Virus record (IMG/VR): IMGVR_UViG_3300048691_000181
Coordinates: 1 to 64,000 of that record
Source: a virus
Direction: 5' to 3' (one strand)
Length of the DNA: 64,000 bases
Positions 61,101 to 64,000 of this stretch are shown here, piece by piece; the stretch's first letter is position 1; the number at the start of each line of letters is the position of its first letter. Below the pieces are notes generated by a model. That model searched no databases, was not told the DNA's origin, and saw only the letters and a program-made list of their open reading frames with translations. Made by a program: the position numbers and the translations under genes.

Positions 61101-64000
61101 AGTTTGTCTATATGAATGGTATTTCTCAAGCAAAGTTAGAGACAGATAATAAACTTCAGAAGCACGTTTTTTCAGGCACTAAGGAAGCAGAAGCATTAAG
61201 AAAGAATTATGAAGAGGTTAAGAAGAACTTTGGGGTACAGGTCAATCAAGCAGTCACTACGACGCCTATTGCACCAACTCCTGCTCCAGCTGCTTCTTCT
61301 ACGAATACAAATCCTCCTCCTGCTGCAACACCTCCTGCTCCACCAGTAGCACCAACTCCTGCTCCAACCAATCCCCCTCCTACACCCCCTGTTTCAGATA
61401 TAGATAATTCAACTCCTATTATAGATAATACTGTTGAAGAAGATGAGGACGAATTAACAGAAGATGCTTTAGCAGATGTGAATACAGATGGACTTATTGA
61501 AGAAGATAAACAAGATTATCAAGACCAGATAGACCATATTGGAATAGCTCAAGTTATTGCTGCTATCAATCCAGACTTCTTTGCTGAAGGTTCAGATAAG
61601 ATTATTCTTCAACACCCAGAGACAATAGAAGATATAACTATTAATGATGGTGATACACACCTCATGGTTAAGCAAAGATTTAGAATACGTCAAGGGCTGG
61701 AGAATATTCATCAAGATGGCATAGATTATACGGTAGTTTATCCTGCTGCTATTGACTCTATTCCTGTTGAAGGAACAACTATTCCTAATTCGATTACGGT
61801 GCCTATCTTCTCAAACACAAACGATGGCAAGAGAGTAACTGTTCAAGTATATGTGCCTCTGGTTACGAAAGAAGGAGAGAGAGAACGTTTTACGGGTAGA
61901 TATATCAATTCTGGAACATTTAGATATATGACAGAAGGTGTATTTAAGTCTGAAACAGAGCATCTTGGCATGGGATTAGACACTGTCTTAAATGATATGA
62001 ATTCTAATGAGATGAGTGAATATACGACAGAATCTAAATACTTCAATGGAACTACGCTTACTCAAAAAGAGATAGATGACCACAAGAAGGTCTTGAAGGA
62101 CAAAGGATTAGATACAGACTTGCTTATGCAAGAGATGGTTGTTCACGAACAATCAGATATGAACTTTAGAAACTATGACCCTACTAAGGCTGATTCCGAT
62201 AAGATGAAGTCTGTTTCTCAAACAATAATACAAGTACTTACTGACCTCAAGAGCAAGGATAACAACGTTAATGACTCTACGTTAGAAGCATTTATATCAG
62301 AGATAACAATAAACGAGAATGGTGTTATTCGATTAAATCCTAAGTTCCTATTAGACGGTCAAGCTAAAGTTCAGCAAAAACTACCTGCTATGTTATGGGA
62401 AATTTCTACGATGGCATTAGTTAATAGTAAATCAGAAAGAGGAGTGAACTTCTTATCTTCTGCTTCACCAGCATTAAAAGCAGCCTTTGGTCAAAAAGGA
62501 CGTTCTAATGGTATTTACGGTATGCCTGTTATTATTTTAAAGAATATTCCTATTGGTACTAAGAACGGTAAGACTACAATAAGAGATTTCTTTATTCCGC
62601 TTAACCAGCCTAAGATGCAAGCAACATCTGAAATTGTATCTACATTCACTTCGTTGAAGTCTAATCTGGATAACTTCAAAGCTGTTTTAGATGAAGTAGT
62701 AGCTTCCTTAGGAAGTGATGCAAGTACCGCTTCTATTTTAGGATTAGATGCGATTAAAGGAGAAGCAGAGAGAATAGAGAATAAGAATGGCAGAGAACGT
62801 GCATTAGCAAATGGCACTTCTCATATCGAGACAAACAATACGCAAACCAATCTTTTAAACACGTCTTTTCTTAATATGGTACTCTATGCTGGTCAAGACC
62901 TATTTGACCTTCAAGATGATACGTTTGCGCCCAAGACTATTTCTGATGCAGATATAAAGAAGGTGCTCTTAGATTCATTAAAGACATCATTTGAGGCGGC
63001 TAAGGAGAAGATAGTCTTAGAAATATTCAAGAATCAAAACTTAGGAAAGAATATAGATGAACTCTTAGCTAAGGATAAATCACCAGAAGCAACAAAGAGT
63101 AAGAGAGACCAATTAGCTAAGATTAAAAGGGAACAAGAAGATAAGATTAATTTCCCTCAATCAGAGACAAATATATTAGGAAGCCAATATGTCCTATTAA
63201 CGCAAGGAATAATTGCTTCACCAGCTGAAAAGCTTCAACAATTAAAGAATGTTATCGTACCAATGGTGTATGGTAATAAGGGCTCTTTCTTTGGTACAGC
63301 TCTAAAGAATAAGCCTTATACAGTAGAGCAAGTAGCAAAACAGACAGGAATTGAATCTGCAGCTGAAGTTGCTGGTAAGCAGCCTTCAGACTATCTTGCT
63401 GAAGAGATAATTAAACAATTTCTTTCTGGTTCAGACACCTTTAAGCAGTCTGATATAGGCTTTTATTTCAATCCTAACGAAGGAAATGAAGCTATGCAAA
63501 CTAAGAACGAGTCGGTTAAATTTAAGCTCTTAGAAGGCAAATTACCTGCTGTTGTTTATGCGTACTTGAATGCAATGAAGGATTCTTTAGATGGTAAAGA
63601 TGTGAATACGATTCAATTAGAAGAACTCTTTAACATAAGAAATAAATCTAAGATTAAAAATGATGCTGCCTTTACTTCATATCAAGAGTTAAAGGACGAG
63701 ATAGCTAAATTAAATTTCAAGAAATTTAATTTTACCACAGAAACGACACCTCGAGAAATCTTAGAAAAGACTAAAGGATTTGACCTTAAAGCTTCTTTGG
63801 CTTCTAAGGCTCTCGAACACTTTGCTAAGGCTAACTATAAGATTAAGGATGAGAATGGCAACGAGAAAAGGCTCTTAATGTCTAAGCAAGATAAAAACAA
63901 TCAGACTGCTGAACAAAGGTCTAAAACAGGTAGACAAGCACAATTCAATGTCTTTGCTCGTTTAACAGAGACTAACTTCAACTTTGCATCAAGACAAAAG
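55136..64000 (+). CDS. giant (>2950 aa) virion-associated protein with an SF1 helicase domain, truncated by right edge
   Basis: ATG 55136; same frame at 59981 and at the window end; absent from the track, consistent with no stop; motifs GVSGSGKT, IIADEQ, MGDSSQ, YR, VQGRTFDNV and YMAITRG. Confidence 0.8.
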   Translation, partial: MDEQGQDPFAGGLQPLKNTYQRQFQTLDKPTEMEAYNEYDRGFIPNSGMSQEHNRANNQSSGDLLAKAVKRLAISTPLKFAESISDLGGFLTGTSAMDNPLSVGLRQAEDAWKEMNPVYRSQKYDEGTVWDKMTSGSFLANDLIDGVAYMASAWGGTKLIGAGVGMALKATMPELALAEAAMANGQQLSGGSKFVQTLLNRGLDANNITRGTVTALNTISEATAESVDSYTQVKQNLLRKKQLGLMGHSGYEDYANIGDDQIESEARSAYKETFVGNAAILILPNWLESGWWLGKAGKAGARATLTTAFRAGETQLAQEAEKMGFKHGAIAFAKGFATEGLWEENLQGALQMYEKSISDPTLSNRDRGLFPGIAGTLKNSATNLAGFSKSLLGGNIDANSEEGQGAISIWLGGALGSPMALMGHYREQVDNKKQRTELQAELDRAHQNSKILGHGFNKEINFAVDSIEKDDTGKIKKDAEGNPIIKFDIEKKTRDLISGFFKEMSANHAVLADMADNEIYGAVNTHFSAFNAAMEIEQSRWDKGIKDVFAERLVKNFEEMSKGTEAVPESKDEQGNVIPAQEAVEGTNVGRGLFKLELLNSYRDLYRNEYQAAYNKAFRSFDGNDENKKRFLLDMVQNRTIEMFRLQMLKSLRDGNGSLTTDGLAEPYIKSKQGREDIEKLIAEKEAQIEKFNLRTNSKGIEAMYGEYQKSQSVDDVQEALGNAVKEVADLTKELSATTETEVEQTTKDADGKDVVTKVKQQVGISEEKRKELNRKIQEKKNEVFLKRQEYEEQAGIHAKSISTNFYHDKDLAKDALAGKDVRGMGRYQYERLAHSRTKIGGRFSRYQNRRMGQVQDSLIAQVAANIQANREKMAGDLTLVDRVQDLMDQYEDALLNPQAGSEEIRQQLQENEEKSHLLYQEEKDLDLRYTEELKYATTSLLRNRIDKTFQKQRALLSERRELLINEYKNLEQEYKDFADDKALDIIEEMLQLITQNQRVLFQASLFDGSVIAKFMNLVETIRDKSEKAIVEYNDLIEQRDELGQKIQEGVFDKPIIEGLRELKNIDLYGIKPEYFLSTPIVKDEDEDGNEFALGFGIRQGTHIFPSNFDDVVELQKNLLKAIKAKDDALNQYKTLLSQIDEKDSLTRKYANILNGAEATAALPERAGLEEAVTKYKEHVKERSKLNLEHTKLKDYDKKAQLAIETEWLVNPNEAYFRQYLVEQNTDDVLNALSIEFSNIAAGKLFDSAFDIDDKSTWTILPDVAFTMPLVTARYFKEKLEEIVNMTKHTTEDETAKGIIEAYKKVSQIMGMGKYEITLPKALDMLNAIIAHEDNRQNINIGRMEAFEKNQKASHQEVLDIIHGSDAIKLDDSYGLFRELQAIKSSERSTKKADALKSLEAKEKAILLEVDTLIAQMGITALPSGYESMSGTTKLNALLFSLGGLSSFLSLAGGEKLNEQMRVAFKFHAFVRVLQSTGDINQTLYEISKDAKLNDTQKAQLTGLITKLTSLSPIETAQGYLNSTIGDKGKNDAKYQAFVNILTSIDKAPMDGLGYSPNYLQMNAFIESVINFDLSQKENESRVTGLKKKFNSDSFPQDVLAKEYIKDLNDRPLNASLLLGVSGSGKTIGTQLLIKYYLAAGSGNRPSETKRVLLVGHTSASSENLKNEAVRTIPAANAMTAVTNVEFYNMTPEQRSEFDLIIADEQFTLSTDEFRIFQNAGRNAYNDEGGPAVYGKDGLKILQTPVLFIMGDSSQPRGEIMNYLTDLESVKDAAYKSVKRLTPLSIGYRASVQAIESVAYQFKSSTEHVQLETTEANKTIEEFRIQDKNAIIAANDNQALKESLSIIGLISDNDADEQTRQNKILDLVTLLDNNTSTEKTVIIVANEKKKQAYIEGLVRLSPNIKPDYAKEGRIQVMTFNDVQGRTFDNVLIDYVPTDKMVQRSVVFNPATRKYEQKYTEIALADLQLAVGSEYKKNSNVYMAITRGKKFVYMNGISQAKLETDNKLQKHVFSGTKEAEALRKNYEEVKKNFGVQVNQAVTTTPIAPTPAPAASSTNTNPPPAATPPAPPVAPTPAPTNPPPTPPVSDIDNSTPIIDNTVEEDEDELTEDALADVNTDGLIEEDKQDYQDQIDHIGIAQVIAAINPDFFAEGSDKIILQHPETIEDITINDGDTHLMVKQRFRIRQGLENIHQDGIDYTVVYPAAIDSIPVEGTTIPNSITVPIFSNTNDGKRVTVQVYVPLVTKEGERERFTGRYINSGTFRYMTEGVFKSETEHLGMGLDTVLNDMNSNEMSEYTTESKYFNGTTLTQKEIDDHKKVLKDKGLDTDLLMQEMVVHEQSDMNFRNYDPTKADSDKMKSVSQTIIQVLTDLKSKDNNVNDSTLEAFISEITINENGVIRLNPKFLLDGQAKVQQKLPAMLWEISTMALVNSKSERGVNFLSSASPALKAAFGQKGRSNGIYGMPVIILKNIPIGTKNGKTTIRDFFIPLNQPKMQATSEIVSTFTSLKSNLDNFKAVLDEVVASLGSDASTASILGLDAIKGEAERIENKNGRERALANGTSHIETNNTQTNLLNTSFLNMVLYAGQDLFDLQDDTFAPKTISDADIKKVLLDSLKTSFEAAKEKIVLEIFKNQNLGKNIDELLAKDKSPEATKSKRDQLAKIKREQEDKINFPQSETNILGSQYVLLTQGIIASPAEKLQQLKNVIVPMVYGNKGSFFGTALKNKPYTVEQVAKQTGIESAAEVAGKQPSDYLAEEIIKQFLSGSDTFKQSDIGFYFNPNEGNEAMQTKNESVKFKLLEGKLPAVVYAYLNAMKDSLDGKDVNTIQLEELFNIRNKSKIKNDAAFTSYQELKDEIAKLNFKKFNFTTETTPREILEKTKGFDLKASLASKALEHFAKANYKIKDENGNEKRLLMSKQDKNNQTAEQRSKTGRQAQFNVFARLTETNFNFASRQK

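Noticed and set aside
15881-62817. Minus-strand track ORFs within the right arm
   Set aside because: Antisense shadows of long plus-strand genes
14680-64000. Genome-wide stop-codon reassignment (TAG or TGA)
   Set aside because: Long genes are intact under code 11 and several end in TAG; only one internal amber was seen
1-64000. Bacterial chromosome or prophage boundary (suggested by groEL, rplL, arsR and ompA)
   Set aside because: Host-like genes are divergent or truncated and interleaved with phage genes; no integrase, att site or housekeeping operon is seen

Overview
This window looks like part of a large Bacteroidota-infecting phage with Crassvirales-like (crAss-like) gene order. It has two divergent arms meeting at a repeat-containing non-coding junction near 14.2-14.65 kb. 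The left arm (1-14.2 kb, minus strand) holds host-interaction genes: a stand-alone ribosomal L7/L12 C-terminal domain, a divergent Ro60/TROVE-vWA protein preceded by a closed 144-nt RNA structure and a Cys-rich peptide ORF, an OmpA-family protein, a membrane-anchored GH73 glucosaminidase, an ArsR regulator and an amidoligase-like protein. It also contains an RNA-rich island (about 9.0-13.4 kb) with tRNA-like genes, a 190-nt RNA with tRNA-like ends and an about 720-nt ornate ncRNA candidate. The right arm (plus strand) runs RepL-like, GroES/GroEL, two more tRNA-like genes, TerL, portal, scaffold-like, major capsid, fibre-like proteins with signal peptides, lysis genes, IHF-like, tail ring and muzzle proteins, cargo proteins, and a >2950-aa giant ORF with an SF1 helicase domain that runs off the right edge. 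The most striking observation is that all eight clear tRNA cloverleaves keep acceptor and T arms, but none has a canonical 7-nt U33 anticodon loop, and several directly flank other structured RNAs. All calls come from manual motif reading and base-pair inspection; no database search or folding program was run.
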